DNA of 63,835 nt, the filler included, from Perkinsus olseni (taxonomy: Eukaryota): assembly GCA_013115125.1 (NCBI GenBank). It is 14 parts of 14 records of this genome, joined end to end, with 100 filler letters (N's around TTAATTAATTAA, not from the genome) between each part and the next. Parts side by side here need not be neighbours in the genome. Positions count along the whole stretch, not along the records: positions 9,278 to 13,787 come from JABANN010001265.1; positions 13,888 to 18,391 come from JABANN010001266.1; positions 18,492 to 22,968 come from JABANN010001267.1; positions 23,069 to 27,531 come from JABANN010001268.1; 10 more parts are not named here. One strand, given 5' to 3'. A model generated the notes under the pieces. It was not told where the DNA came from and ran no database searches. It saw only the letters and a program-made list of their open reading frames with translations. Positions 13,401-27,003 of this stretch are shown here, in pieces (positions within the stretch are counted from its first letter, which is position 1; each line of letters begins with the position of its first letter). The translations under genes were made by a program, and so were the position numbers.

Positions 13401-14218
13401 GAAACCGGCAAGACCGTTTCATTCACAGGCATCAGATTTCGAAGGTTGTCGCATACGAAAGTACCACGGAAAACCACACGAAACACCGAGGAGGAAGCCC
13501 AAGGGTCAGGGGACCCGAAGAAGAATGTCCGAGTGGAGTTGAATCGACCCGACTTGAAGTTGACTTAACGAGATCGTTGTTCGATGTTGGTGCGTTCGCG
13601 ACGATCAAGAAAGGTACAATTTTCTTGCCTTCCTACCTTCCAGGCGACTGAGTTACTACAGAGCCATGTGGCCGCCAGCCAACCGCCAAGCTGGTGGGTG
13701 TTCCTGCCAAGCTCATACAGTACCCGCCATCTAAAGACAGGTAAACTTTCAACGGGGCTCACGCAATCAATTTTTAGAGTTTGGGCANNNNNNNNNNNNN
13801 NNNNNNNNNNNNNNNNNNNNNNNNNNNNNNNTTAATTAATTAANNNNNNNNNNNNNNNNNNNNNNNNNNNNNNNNNNNNNNNNNNNNCCAGAGGTTGAGC
13901 GTGACTGTAGTGGGATAGCTACTCGCGTGTTGACCACACAGTCATCTCATCTCTAGTCCCTCAACATAAAGGGATTACCTTGAGAAAGAAAAAAAATCCG
14001 TGCCGAATGGTGCCGAAGGGCACCATTAGCTCAATAAGACGTTGCGAAGCCGTGCCTGGAGCTTCCGGAGGATTCCTACCTTCGCACCATTCATGCGTTT
14101 CATGCCCGAATCCAACTTAGCGCACGCCCGATATCCAACCAAGTTCGCCGACAAGCCAGGGTTCTATCCCCAGCTAATCGATTTCTCCTCCAAGAAACCG
14201 TGCCGTATTTCTCTCTAA

Positions 14219-14962
14219 TGTAATCTAACCCTCTTCCTATTCATCCACATCCCTCAGGTGGTGCTGGGACAGCATTATGTTGTTACCGCCGATCATCCCA
14301 AGGGTTGCAAAGGCGGTCCCGGCCCGGGGAAGGGTAGTTTGATACCTGTGCTATGGGCAGGTTCCTGCATTTTCAACATGAGGGGTTATAACAGAAGTCT
14401 GGTTCACCAAGAGAGCGCCGGGTTCATTCTTAAAACTAACATGCCTGATCATTCTGGTAGCTTGAAGTTGCAGATCAAGGTCGGAGGTGATATGGTACAC
14501 ACATTCGAAACGCCGAACATCAGCGTGGAGATTTCTGGTTGGGCTCACGGTGAGCCGCTCACCTGGGTTTCGATCATGGGGATGCACATTTTTGGTGGAA
14601 CCCAGCCTCCAGTACTAAACATTACCGCCCCAGTGATGAAGGGGCGGTACGTGCCGCCCTAGACTCTATATTCCATGTCAGTTTCACAGGCGGCCAGAGA
14701 GGTGACACTGATTGGCACACTGTGGCATACTGTCAGTATCTCGGGCTCCGCTGTGAGCAATGAGATGCACCTCTATGCTCACTCAGAGCAAAGAAGGAGC
14801 AGTGCTGTATCTTTTCAAGTCGATTTCAAAGTGAGCGTGGACAGGGTTGAAGAAGGATGGAATTTCCATGTGGGCTTTGATGTGAGAGGTTCCTGTGGAT
14901 CGAAGGAAAAGTCCGTGTATCACGATGCCGTGGATTTCATCAAGGGCGTTCTATACGGTTGA
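14219..14962 (+). pseudogene. Secreted beta-rich hypothetical protein with a damaged start; internal TAG at 14660 is either intronic or a nonsense codon
   Basis: Signal-like CNLTLFLFIHIPQVVLG lacks an in-frame ATG; ORFs 14258-14662 and 14675-14962 share a frame. Confidence 0.5.
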
Positions 14963-15890
14963 GCCTTGAGAGAAATCCGTGGAGTTTTGGTTGTACTTGA
15001 AACCATCGGGTAATTTTCACTACGTGTATCGGCCTTTGATTTATTGACCTTACATCATGAAGTTGAACGACGCAGTCATTGCAGCGCCGTTCGCATCTTG
15101 TTGATGATTTCACAATCATAAGCTACACTCTTACCAAAAATCCGATTTATGTCCCGACTCCTACGAATTGGCCGAGTCCAAGCATTAACAACTTGGGCGA
15201 TAATCGTTCAACTCGATTGTTGGATGGTTGACGGCGGCGTGCATTTGGTTGGGTTATAGTGCCTCGGACTTCGAGCCTTGAGGAACCTGCAAACCCTGCC
15301 AGGCTTACCCTGGCGCGAAACTCGGAGGCTGATTCTCGTTTCATCGCGCAGATTATGTGCGAAAGGACTGCAAGGACGACGAAGACACGACTTCGGCGAA
15401 GTCACTTCGCTGAAACCTTTTTGAAGGGCAGCGCTCTCAGAGCGCGTGAAGTGTCACTACTGAAGTAGCGCTTTTAGAAGTAATGGCCAAAAGCACACAA
15501 ATTAAATTGGTGTAAGCCTGAAATTGTAGTCCCAGATATTGGGGATCGATAGCAATCGAATTGTGATCGATGATATCGCTGAGAACCGGCATCGACAGCT
15601 CCCTGAGTAATCCTGTTGGGAGCCGGAAGCACGCACTGAGTTGTTGTTGACACTCTCAACTTGTCAACCCGAACGGCTGTCAACTTGACAGCCGTTCGAG
15701 TCCTATCTGCGGATGACTCAGAGTTACGCCCATTATCAGTAACCATGACTAATCAACACAATAACCAGTTCTTGTAACCAATGACCAATAGATACCTCAG
15801 ACTCTGAGGCTCAGAGGAATGAGTGACACTGTATAGACAGATAATAGGGTGAGTGGCAACTGGTAGAGTGACAACTGGTACACCCTCGGA

Positions 15891-16160
15891 TCCGTACAGG
15901 CTTTATTTGGCACACCTTTTATTCATACAGGAGTATCTCTTACAGTTTCAAGCCGTACAGTGACGAGTCGTGCAGTGACAGTACGTACAGTCTCCAGCGA
16001 TACAGCTCCGTTCAGTACTACACTACAGATAGGCCTGTAGTACTGATCTGTAGTACCTACAGATATAGTGACACGTCGTACAGTATGCAGCCGTACACTG
16101 ACCATTCGTACAGTACCCAGCGGTACAAGCTTTATTCGTACAGTGTTATTCGGTTCAGCT
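15891..16160 (+). repeat. 15-bp-periodic (CG)TACAG array
   Basis: TACAG-like cores at 15926, 15941, 15956, 15971, 15986, 16001 and at 16079, 16094, 16109, 16124, 16139, 16154, with variable spacers. Confidence 0.85.
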
Positions 16161-18683
16161 GCCTCCACACGAAAATCGCGGCAAATTTGTGCACGAGTTA
16201 TTGCGGTAGCTAGAATTCCTTGAGGAAGATTGTGCCACATACGTGAAAAACAGCAGTGCAATCGCTCCTTTTGTGGAGTCCGGGCAATCCCATGGAGCAC
16301 TCCTACGGTTAAAGTTTAACCGTTAAACGGAGGCAGCTTGTTATCCAATGTTAAATGCGGGGACGCGAGCGGCGCCTTGGCGTGGGGACTGACCGGGATA
16401 CATCGACGTTTGCGCACGCGTGCAAGATACGAAGATACGAAGATAGATGCGAGATGCGAATTCCAGTGGAATTCGGCCCGTTCTATAACAATATCACCGT
16501 GGAATTATTCCACGGTGATATTGTTATAGAACGCGCCGGGGCTACTAGCCCCTACAGAGGTTAGGGAACCCATCTCGCGTATACGCGACCAAGACGTGTA
16601 GAGACTCTCGCGTTTCCTTATCTTTGTACGAAAGGGCGATTCGGGCAGACGCATGAGCGAGAACAGCGGATGAGCGCACAGCAATATTTCGAGAGTCGTC
16701 TACTTCGTGGAGATCCCCGCTGTACATTGGATTATGAATACGAGTTCTACGCCCTTGGCGTAAAGGAATATAGAGCGGTGGTCGAGAGCGCTGGTATCGC
16801 GATGAAGAAAACGAACTCTACGGATGGAGCGGCAGGCCCTCTGACGGGGGCCCACGAGCACACTCTCTGGTCAGATAGTCAGTATCGACCTCAGCAACTG
16901 CTTTTCCACAATGTCGATTACTCTCGTCGGCACATACTCGATGAGAGTCACTCTCAGAGAGTGACGTTGATGAGGGACAGCATGGTGGACCACGCGGGAG
17001 CCGGATAGGTAGCCGACCAAGTCCAACTGCTGCAAAAACTCATGCGGTCCACTCGCCTATGTCATTCCCGTTGATATCCTCGTGAATTGAATGACTGCCC
17101 TGCCGAGCCCTTAAGAGTGGAGGGGGCCAAGTATTGCTCAGATCATGATCCGGCAGCGGAAGCTTACTCAGCGTTCGAGAATGTAGCCATGAAAAGCTAC
17201 TAGGCGCAGTCCTCTGACTCCCCAAATAACTACACCATCACCGAAATACTGTTTTGCAACCTCAGCAAGCCTCTCTCCACGCAGCATCGGTTAGTGTGAT
17301 GATTACAATAAATTTATTTACTTAATAAATTTATTATAAATCTAATTAGAGGTAACCTGTAGCAGGTTGTTACACAATACTGTGACTACTCCGGCGCGAA
17401 GGAGGACCAATATCGGTATTATTCTCCTCACACGGACCTATGTTGGGTTCCTCCCGTGTTCCGGATCACCGATGAAAACGATAATCAATAAGGAGCATTC
17501 TATGTGGCATTGAGCTCGTTATATAGGATTGAAATTTTACCGCCGCTCACTGTACCAGTCACGAGCGTGACAGCCACCGGTGACACATACCAAGCCACAG
17601 CAAGCCTGCTTGAATTGAATTTCTTTGTGAGACTGGAGGCCCGCTATCTGCGAAGCTATTCTCTGCATTACGTCGAGTTAACAGATGCTTTCGGCATGTC
17701 GGGGAAATTCGTTTTACCGCCGATGCTCGGCTGCCCGGCGAGATTGATCTTACTAACTTGTACCAATTTTAGTGTTCACTCCGTTCGAGACTGAACTCAT
17801 CACTATCTCGGACTACAAAATGGACTAACTTCAAAAGTGGGGGTGATACCCCATGGAGTATCTCAGACCCACTATCAGTGGATCTATCGCGGAGGCCCGG
17901 GGCCAAGCCTCTTACAACCCGTCAATGCGTCGAGTAAGAAAGAGCGGTCCTTGCCCGGCAAGCGAAACAGTGCGCGTGCCAACGAATATACAGAGGCACA
18001 CTGAGGAGCCCTCAGCGGGGACAGAAAGAGACCGGCGAGTCAGCGACCACAACTGGGCGCGCAACCGATGCTCAGGTGCTATAAGCGAGATATAGTGCTG
18101 ACCACTAATTATCACCGCGTATTGATACACAAAAATGGGTAGGATCGAGTCCTAACCTCGCACAAGGGGGCAGCTGCCATGGCCTTATGCATAACAGATG
18201 CTACAGAATACTTCGAACGGCAAGCTCATGGTGTTAGACCAACCAAAGATCCAGAGGTAAGTAGGCCACGGAGTTGAGCTCCTTTACTTGAATTTGGTGA
18301 GACGAAAGCTGAAGTCTCTGTTGAGTTACTTAAGTGCTTCTTGTGTTGCGTAATAAAACTAATAACACAACTCGGGATGGATACCAACAATNNNNNNNNN
18401 NNNNNNNNNNNNNNNNNNNNNNNNNNNNNNNNNNNTTAATTAATTAANNNNNNNNNNNNNNNNNNNNNNNNNNNNNNNNNNNNNNNNNNNNGGGTCAAAG
18501 CCTCACAAATACGGATTTTCTCGCCCTTCACCATTTTCAGGATTCACCATTTTCAGGCGGGACCGGTCAAATGCAACTTGAGGCGACTCAAGGCCGGTTT
18601 CCAACACGTAGATAGAGTAACGTCATTCGGGGGCATAGTTGCGTATAGATCTCAATGATTGGTACAGTTCACTCAGCTTGCTC

Positions 18684-21555
18684 ATGTCTGCCAGTGGAGA
18701 GGCTCCTTTGGAACCGCCGAAACGACAGCGATTAGAGGCAGAGGAGGTCCATGTTGCAGTAGATGACTCTGGAGAAGTTAAATTGGATAATAAGACCTTC
18801 AGGGATATCGCTAAGAAGTACAGGAAGGTTGATGGATTGGGGAAGAAGGGTAGTAATGGGCAGTAGACTGGATGAGAGGTGACGGATCCAAAGTCAGTTA
18901 AGGACTGAGTGAACCCGAGACCCCTTCTCCGAGGAAGCTTCCAATCGGGCTCGACAGTTTCGTACGCTAGTCCTTTCACATGGTTTATTAACGCCCTAGG
19001 TTTAGACCTATCGGGAAAAGTAGCTTCGGGATCAACAAAGACGAGGTGGCTCTAACGATGGAATCCTGGCATCATAGATGAGCTCTGACTGGGCTCGTGA
19101 GTGCTGGTCCGAATTCGGGTTCACTGGCATCGTCAGCTCCCCTCCTGTGCGTCCTCGATTGGTTTCCAACTCGAAAGGTGTTAACCGCCCATGAGGCTTG
19201 AGCCCTTTCTTGCATACTCGTCCTGAAATTGAGCTGCGTTCAGCTGTTGCCTGGTACCGTGTTGGGGTGTAACATGCACGCTGCCTGCCGGACCGGGTCT
19301 CGCGGTTCCTGAGCATGTCGGCCAAAGACAGTGCAACAGTGTGAATGTCGTCCCCTTCAGGTGTAAAGAGGATGGCCAAGTCGTTGAAGCAGAGGCGGGA
19401 TCTCCGTCACAAGTCAATGATTCAAGAGGCTGATGAGGCACAGCTTGTTGCTACCGAAGTAACTCTTGCCGTTTTTGTCGGTAATTGATGAACGATCTTG
19501 GTAGATATTTGCGAGGAATGATGACGCTGGTGGCATTGAAATGGACGATGGAGTCCGCAAGTCCTACAACCTCTCGCAGAAGGAGCTCGCCTCCCAGGTA
19601 CTGTGGGTAGTATACCGCTGTAGTAATCTATATGTGCAATAGGTCGATATTGGAACCCAGCGCAAGCTCTTCGACTTCAACCTTCCTGGAGGTCCCTTCA
19701 CTGTCAACACTAGCACCAATGGCCGGTACATGGTCGTCGGCTCCCGTGGTGGCCAGTTTACGGTAATACCGGGCGGCTCGTGAAGCTCTCCTCGTTTTGC
19801 CATTATAGACGTACAAATCTGCTGATTTGCGCTTACGTGTAGGTCCTAGATCGACATAGTATGAATCCGCTTTGCTCGGAGCAGCTCGACGAGCCCATAC
19901 TAGATACCACATTTCTCCATGATCATACTCTGTTCGCAGCCGCTCAGCGTAAATACACGTAGGTCATCGGCAGCATGAGAAGTGATGAAGCCGTTGGAAT
20001 CAGGTACATCTATGACTCAGCTACCGGTGCTGAAGTGCATTGTTTGAAGGACCATCTCAACAGCACTCATTTGGAGTTCCTACCGAGGCATTATTTGCTT
20101 GTTAGCGGCTCGGAAACCGGCGAGATCCGATACAGGGATGTGGTAGTAAAGGAGGGATGGTGTTAGTAGGCGACGCAACCGCTTGTCCCACAGCGAGTCC
20201 AAAGTGTGCAATCGCCTGCACTGTGGGGATATTCGATATTGGGCATTGCCATCCTAAGAAGGGGGGCCTCCTGTTTGAATATGGTGATTGTATCATTCGC
20301 ACACTGTCGGTACACGACCTTGGTGACTTTAAGGGCATTTCGAGTCCATTTCGAATGGCTGCTCGACCAGAATGGATTGCACCGGTCCTTGAAAACTGAG
20401 TTGCGTGGTTCTCTGAGAAGTGGATGCACTGAGCTCCTATGTCAGTCCACTGGCCAACATGTTGCTAAGATTGTCACGAGGCAAGGGCCGATACAGTCTA
20501 TGAGGCAGAACCCCGCTAACGCTGTTATGGTCACCGGTCACGCTCGGGGTCATGTCTGCATGTGGACTCCTAACATCAAGGAACCAGCCTTGAAAATGCT
20601 GGCTCACTTTGGGCAGGTAAAGGCTTTGATGTAGCGACTGGGGGTCTCCTTCTACCACTCATAATCGCAGGTCACTGCTCTGGATGTTACAAGTGACGGA
20701 AAGTATCTCGTCACATGTGGTTCTGACAGCAAGTGGAAAGTGTAAGCGTTGACAACCTTAGCGCCTGCCGTTGTGTCATCCCCCCGACAGTGAGAATCAG
20801 GTACGATCTACGGAAGCCGTCTGAAGAACTACAGCGTTGCAGCTTTTCGGGTCGAGCACCCACATCTATGGACATCTCGTTCGGCGACGCTGACCTTGCT
20901 TTCGGCTTCGGCTCTAGCGTCTCGGTCTTTAGAGGATCAGACGTGTTTCGGAGTGGAAAGGCGCCCAGCACTTACTTGAAGAATAGTTACAACGGTCAGC
21001 AAGTACGTCGCGTTATGGCCGGTGCTAGGTGTTCCCGCCAGTTCATCTACTCAGGTATCGAGTGTCCGATTCGTCCCCTACGAGGATCTTCTTCTTGTCG
21101 GTACGAGTGCAGGGTTCAACTCGATGCTCGTGCCGGGAGCTGGTTACACGCAGTTCGACTCTTATGTGGCCAATCCCTACGAGACTACGAAGCAGCGGCG
21201 GGAGACTCAGGTGCGTAGCTTGTTGGAGAAGCTACAGCCTGACATGATCGCTCTCGATGCCAACTTCATTGGCCGAGTGCAAGCTCCGAAGAAGAAGAAG
21301 GTCACCAAGCCGCTATCGGATAGTGAAGAGAGTGAGGCGGAGGAGGAGTCCTTCGCTGCTAAGCATAAGATGCGAGGGAAGTCCAAGGCTGGGAAGCGTC
21401 AGCAGAGGATGAACAAGATGCGGGGCGAAGCGGAGCGCAAGAGGCGAAGCAGGAGAGCTGGCGAGAGCAAGGTGGATGTGGAAGAGAAAAGTCTCGAGTC
21501 GGCCAGGGCAGAGCACGGCGCACTAGCCCGGTTTTACGTAAATAAGAGTGACTAG
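18684..21555 (+). CDS. UTP7: SSU processome WD40 protein UTP7/WDR46 (BING4), multi-exon
   Basis: RKLFDFNLPGGPF, AAAQRKYTYIYD, LEFLPRHYLL, MRQNPANAVMVTGHARGHVCMWTPN, FVPYEDLL.VG, ANPYETTKQRRETQVRSLLEKLQPDMIALD (BING4CT). Confidence 0.95.
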
Positions 21556-23726
21556 TTCTTCGCAAGAACTGCCACCGTAACACACGTTTCGTTCCTCCTT
21601 TCCGAGCTTTGAGTTGAGTCGTTAGTTAGATTTCTACATTACTGCGAGTTTGTGGGCGTGCATTCTTATTAGGCAAATGCAAAACACCAGTATACGAGTG
21701 TATACTGGTGCATACACTCAAAAGTGTGCGATTTATTGATATATAAATCAACCGTTTCAGCGACCGTTTCAACGCTATATGGCGCGCGGCGTTAATTTGG
21801 CGCGGCCGAAGGTCGTATGCCCTATAGCAGTGGAGTTGCCTAAGAAACTTGCACACTTCGGACGCCCAACTTAAACGTCGCGCGTTCTATAGCGCTGAAC
21901 CGGTCGATGAAAAGGTTGATCTATATATCACTAAATTCCACACTTCAAAATGTGTAGACCACTCAACTTTCAAATCCAAACGGTCTTTATGAACGAATAA
22001 AACTTCGTTTTCCGGAGTTGCCTGAGAAAAATGGACGCTACTTACGTGACAGACCTCGGAGTACAGCGAACGGCTCATTTCGATGATTCACTGATAGGAT
22101 GCAGCGCTTCCACACCGTCTGCTGGGACTTCCTTCATGTGAACTTCACATTGAGAACAAGTTGAAAGGCAACGGCTTCTACGAAGTATCCCCTATCTGGG
22201 ACTCAATTTTTTATGATTTGTGAATCTAGCTGAAGAAAAATATTCACGGATAGCGGCACCTCATGTGACTCGGCTCATACTTGCAAAAAGAGCCGACGTG
22301 ATAGTGCTCGCAATTCTCCAAATGCACCAATACGTCGCTTTTGAAGCTTCTTTTGCCGTGGGCAACACGTTGTTGCCGATCCCCTGCTCAGAACTCTTCT
22401 CACTTTCTCACCCTCATCGGGCACCAGTTATTGATAGAGCGGGAAAAGCACTGGTTTTCAATGTAGCATTAAGAGCTTACGAACCCCGTGGAGGGCATCC
22501 AAGTACTTCGTGCGAATAAAGGGTGTTTGAAAACCTCGTGAGCACTTTTGAGTACACTGAACTCCTGTCCTTGGACGTTTTCGTCATTGGGAGGTAAGGA
22601 ATCAATTATTCGTCAAGTAATTAATCTATTGATCAGCAATTGATATAAAAACCAAAATAATGACTTTTTTATACATCACCTGATCGATTGCTCAATGGAT
22701 CGAGGCCGATGAGCCATGAGTCATTAGACCAGCATCGAAAGTTGCGCCGAATCTCCCATGAAAAACAAGAAACTCCACTGAGTAGTGAGGCCAGCAATGA
22801 TCGGTGTCACGAAGGGGCTAGGGCCGACGCGGACACTTTCACGACCCCCTACAACTATTCACCTCCTACCCCGCATAATGTTGATTCCTGCTGTGAGTGC
22901 GTCTTTCGTGGTTGGTAGGTAGCGCCGTACGAGGGATTGGGAGTAGATAAATTACCAGCAGCCGTTCGNNNNNNNNNNNNNNNNNNNNNNNNNNNNNNNN
23001 NNNNNNNNNNNNTTAATTAATTAANNNNNNNNNNNNNNNNNNNNNNNNNNNNNNNNNNNNNNNNNNNNCGAGATAATGCACTAGTCCTGTGTCTAACTAT
23101 CTCTGTGATATTGAGATTGCTGGGAGATTTGCGCTCGTCTCAAGTCTCTCGTTCGGTCTCAATCCGGTGGTGGCCTCTACTGAAGTATGTCTACTGTCCT
23201 ATATTCTCCCCGGGTCTGAAAATTTGGGCTCCTTCTGGCAACTAAGCGAACGCCTTCTTCGTAATGATAAAGTTCAACTTAAAAAGCTTTAAAAGCTTTA
23301 CAACTTTAGAAGTTGTACTTGGGGGAGACTGCAATGCTTATCATGATGCCTAGAACGTCGTAATGAAGCTGCTATCCGTATTGGTAAATTGTTGATGGCT
23401 TGCTTTGGTAAGTCTGTTGGAGCGTACTAATGATAATATGGCGATGAGTCCTACGCATAAACACGTAGGATACCAGGACGGTCATCCTGATTCCATTGTC
23501 GATGTTACCCTTAATGTCACTAGGATTGGTATCTCTGAATAGAAAGTTGACTATGAAGAACATTCAAGTGTTCGTTTTGCCATTATGGTGCCGATGACCA
23601 GGGACTGAGGCGGAGTTGATCGACGACGTCGACAGGACGTTGGCAGGATGTCCAGTGGAAATTGTTCACACACAAGAGTGAAAAGAACCGAATCTTACCA
23701 CGAATTGAAGAGCAACAAACTCAGAA

Positions 23727-26217
23727 CTAACAGTAACGGGAGACTAGACAGTAAAGGAACTTGGCGTCAAAGTCAGGCTTGCTCTCTAGAAATGCTTTTT
23801 TCTTTCTTTCTCAGGTCCCTCAGCACGTGGTCAAATCTAACCAAGAACTCGTCCAGCTCCTGTTGTTCACATCCGATAGCGCACGCGCAGGTCACGTAGC
23901 TTTTCGCCTGAGATCAGACAAAACTATTGCCAGTCAGATGTCTCTGCATCCCAACACGACCTACCGCAGAGTAATTCTCACTATGACTCCCATAGTTACT
24001 GAAGACCATGCCACCGATATTCTTGCTCGGGCCGTTTTCGCAGAGGACGACACGAGGACCACTCACACGGCGCGTGAACAGTGCGCTCCCGATCTGAAAG
24101 GTTGTCAACAACAACAGCATCAATCTTAACCGAATCCACCTCTGTTGCTGCCGTGCCCGAGTCCAAGTTCAGTGACGACAAGTCGATAGCGAGTGATATC
24201 CTATTCCATGGAACCTGAGAATTTATAATCTGCGAATCATCTTCGGAAGGCCAAGAGATGCGAAAATTTCGACAACAGCACTCAGAAGATGTGGTTTGAT
24301 TTCTTGTGACTCATGGAGCGGCCTGAAGATACCTCTAAAACTCTGAGGCCCCTCTGAACAGTCCACTGCTGAAGCTTCGTCTTAAAACTCTTGAACATAT
24401 CTCTCCTCTTCTTCAGCATCGCCATCCACCCAGACTTGCCCAAACTCAACAACGTGATGAAGAGGTCCAAAATCGGGGACATGCTCGCTCGACCGGGGTA
24501 TCTGCCAAAGCACTGAATGCGGGGGTCCATTTATATCGTCCACGGTCACTCACCCAGCTCCGACATCACTGACCAAGTCGCTCTGACCAATGACTATTGA
24601 TCCTCCTATGGGTACGAGGAAGTTCTTATCAGTGCTTTGCACAACAGCGTCCACCTGACCAGCAGTTCAACTGACCTCTTTTACAGAAAACTCTTACTCT
24701 AGCGTCCGAGGCCCTACTGGTCTCCTCGATAAGTGAGCAGCATTTGGTACACTGTAATCCGTAGGCGTTGTTCACAACCAGAGGGACCTGGATAGTGAGA
24801 CTCAGCCAAATCAGGACAGCGTAGCAGATGGACGACACCGAAGACTAGTTCTAGTTGGTTGAGGCGACCTCCATAAATCGGGGGACGCATCCCTACATCG
24901 AATTCTTTAGCTATTCTTCCTAAGGCAGGGATATTGTCGGGACTCCGAGGGGCAAAGGTGGACGTTGTTCCGACTATAGCAACCACTGACTCAGCTCCTT
25001 CAAGGGAGCGAACCTGAGGGAGGTAAGTCGAACGCCGCCGCGCATACCACAAACTCACCTTCTCCCGAATGGCTTCGACATCAGTGACGAGCCCTTGCTC
25101 CGCTGGTGAGTCCGTCTGCTTCTGTTCAACGCTAACAACCTCCAACCCTGCCAACTGCATGGCCTTCAGACAGCTCTTTTGATCTATTCGGGACCACACC
25201 ACATACCTGCAGCGTGACGATAGCAAAGATAGAACGTCGGAGCGCTTCCCCACTTAGCGTTTGGATGTGCCGCCCTCTGCCGTTTCATAACCGCTAGGAG
25301 AACCAAAGTAATAGCCATCCCGGTGGCCACTGGGAGGAGGCAGGGCGATCCCTTCGGCACATCACTCACCAGAGATGGAATACCTGACAGCAAGTCAATC
25401 GCCTCTCACGAGCGCACAAGTGAAAGTGGGGCAAGTAACAGTAACGAGAGAAAGCACGAGGTGAGATTGGTGTGGTACCGGGCGTGCCTCTCAGTCACTC
25501 CTAGCGAACGAGCAAGACACTTAACGAGGAACTAATATACTGGAAGCAGAGCAATCGCCCACTGATTGGACGGAAGTGTTCAGGATTGCGGCCCCCTCTG
25601 CTCACCTGCGAGTCGAATAGCATCGGCAGCCAAGTAACGAGTAAGGCGGAGAATCAAACTGCTGCCTGCTGCTTTGGGCTGCACAGCCGCAATATCCTAA
25701 GGAAGTTTGAATGAGTGGGTGAGATCTGAGTTGCTATTCTGGAGCAAGCTATCGTCCCTCAAGGCTTACCCCACTGCGACCTATACCGTGCATGAGACCG
25801 AAGTTGCGCTCATAAACCAAGTTGGAGGCGTAACGACCTTCGCGCTCTCCGACTCCGATGTTGCCTGAGGACAATCACGCGACGCATCAGTGAACACTAT
25901 GTGTCTCGCCGAGTGTAACTTCCACCTGGATAGCTCAGGGGCCTTGGACACATACGATGGTGAGTGGGGTACCTCTAAAGTTGTTGGTGTCCCACGAGGA
26001 TATGTTGAGCAGGAAGGATTTGATCTCCTGGTCCGTCCAAGGCTCGGGAGGAAGCCTTCGCTGTGACAATAAGGAAGACACCAGACGGGCTTCCGAGTTC
26101 ACTGAATCGCGGGCCTGCGAGAGGTCATATAGAATAGCTATTAAGCTGGAGCAGCGATGATGATTTGATAAGGGGGTTTAGTAGAGAGCATACAACTTTT
26201 TCTGTTGCTCAACGCCA
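23727..26217 (-). CDS. SEPSECS: O-phosphoseryl-tRNA(Sec) selenium transferase, multi-exon
   Basis: [124 protein letters not shown]; start codon position approximate. Confidence 0.95.
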
Positions 26218-27003
26218 TCGTAATGCGATTACATTTTGTTATGTGGTCGTCTCGACGTCACAACATCACTACGAGTCCAACGTCGCAGGAAAGTGAACGA
26301 GTTTTTCAGCGAAGTGGCTCCACTGAAGGAACAATCAACCATGCTTCAGGTGCTGGACTACTGCTGAACACGCGTATCCTGCTGCAGGAATCCTGTGGCG
26401 CCGCTATTCAAAGGTTCTCTTCACTTTGCATCGTGCGATTAAATCACCGTCATGACGCTGTTCAGGATGGGAACAGCATTTTAGTAGCGAGTCCACCGGG
26501 CGAACTACCCGAATAATAAGCCAAACGCTGAGTCATTGAAAAACTTGGAGGAAATCGTTCCCTGAACGCTTACTGTGACGCATGCGTACTCACCTGACGA
26601 CAATAACTCGAAGGTATAATATCATCACAGAGCATGAAGTGACTTGGGTCCGTGTTCATCGTCGAGCAAGGGGAAACAAAAACTACAACATTCCTTCAGC
26701 TTCGTCCACGACCTCGTCAGGGATGAACAACGAGCATGGATGACGATGATGGAGCGATTGAGCCGTCAAATTCCCAACTTGAACAAAACACTACTGGAGG
26801 TGGGTCAAGAGCAGAACCGCCGCTGTTTGACATACAACAACGCGTTTCATATGGTTGGTGAATTGTCCAAGCTGCCACGAGAAAAGGATTAATCAACAAG
26901 AAAGTTGGCATAGACTCGCAGCACGAGAGAATCTTCGGTGCATCAGATGAGGTCCCATGGACTCTAGGGCGAGAGTAATACGGAAGAATTGGAAGACAAA
27001 GCC

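Noticed and set aside
10500-13787. Many short ORFs in contig 3 (likewise 16300-18391 and 39200-41191)
   Set aside because: No recognisable motifs or consistent exon structure; probably intergenic or decayed repeats.
14660-14662. Stop-codon readthrough or alternative genetic code at the in-frame TAG
   Set aside because: A 57-nt GT..AG intron (GTGATG...TTTCACAG) removes it in frame, and other genes here use TAG, TAA and TGA as normal stops.
15891-16160. CRISPR-like array
   Set aside because: Conserved core is only about 6 nt with 9-nt spacers; no cas genes; eukaryotic context.
26540-26892. MULE transposase remnant (TNN.EG-like); also MDATY at about 22031
   Set aside because: Motifs need several assumed frameshifts; too weak to call.
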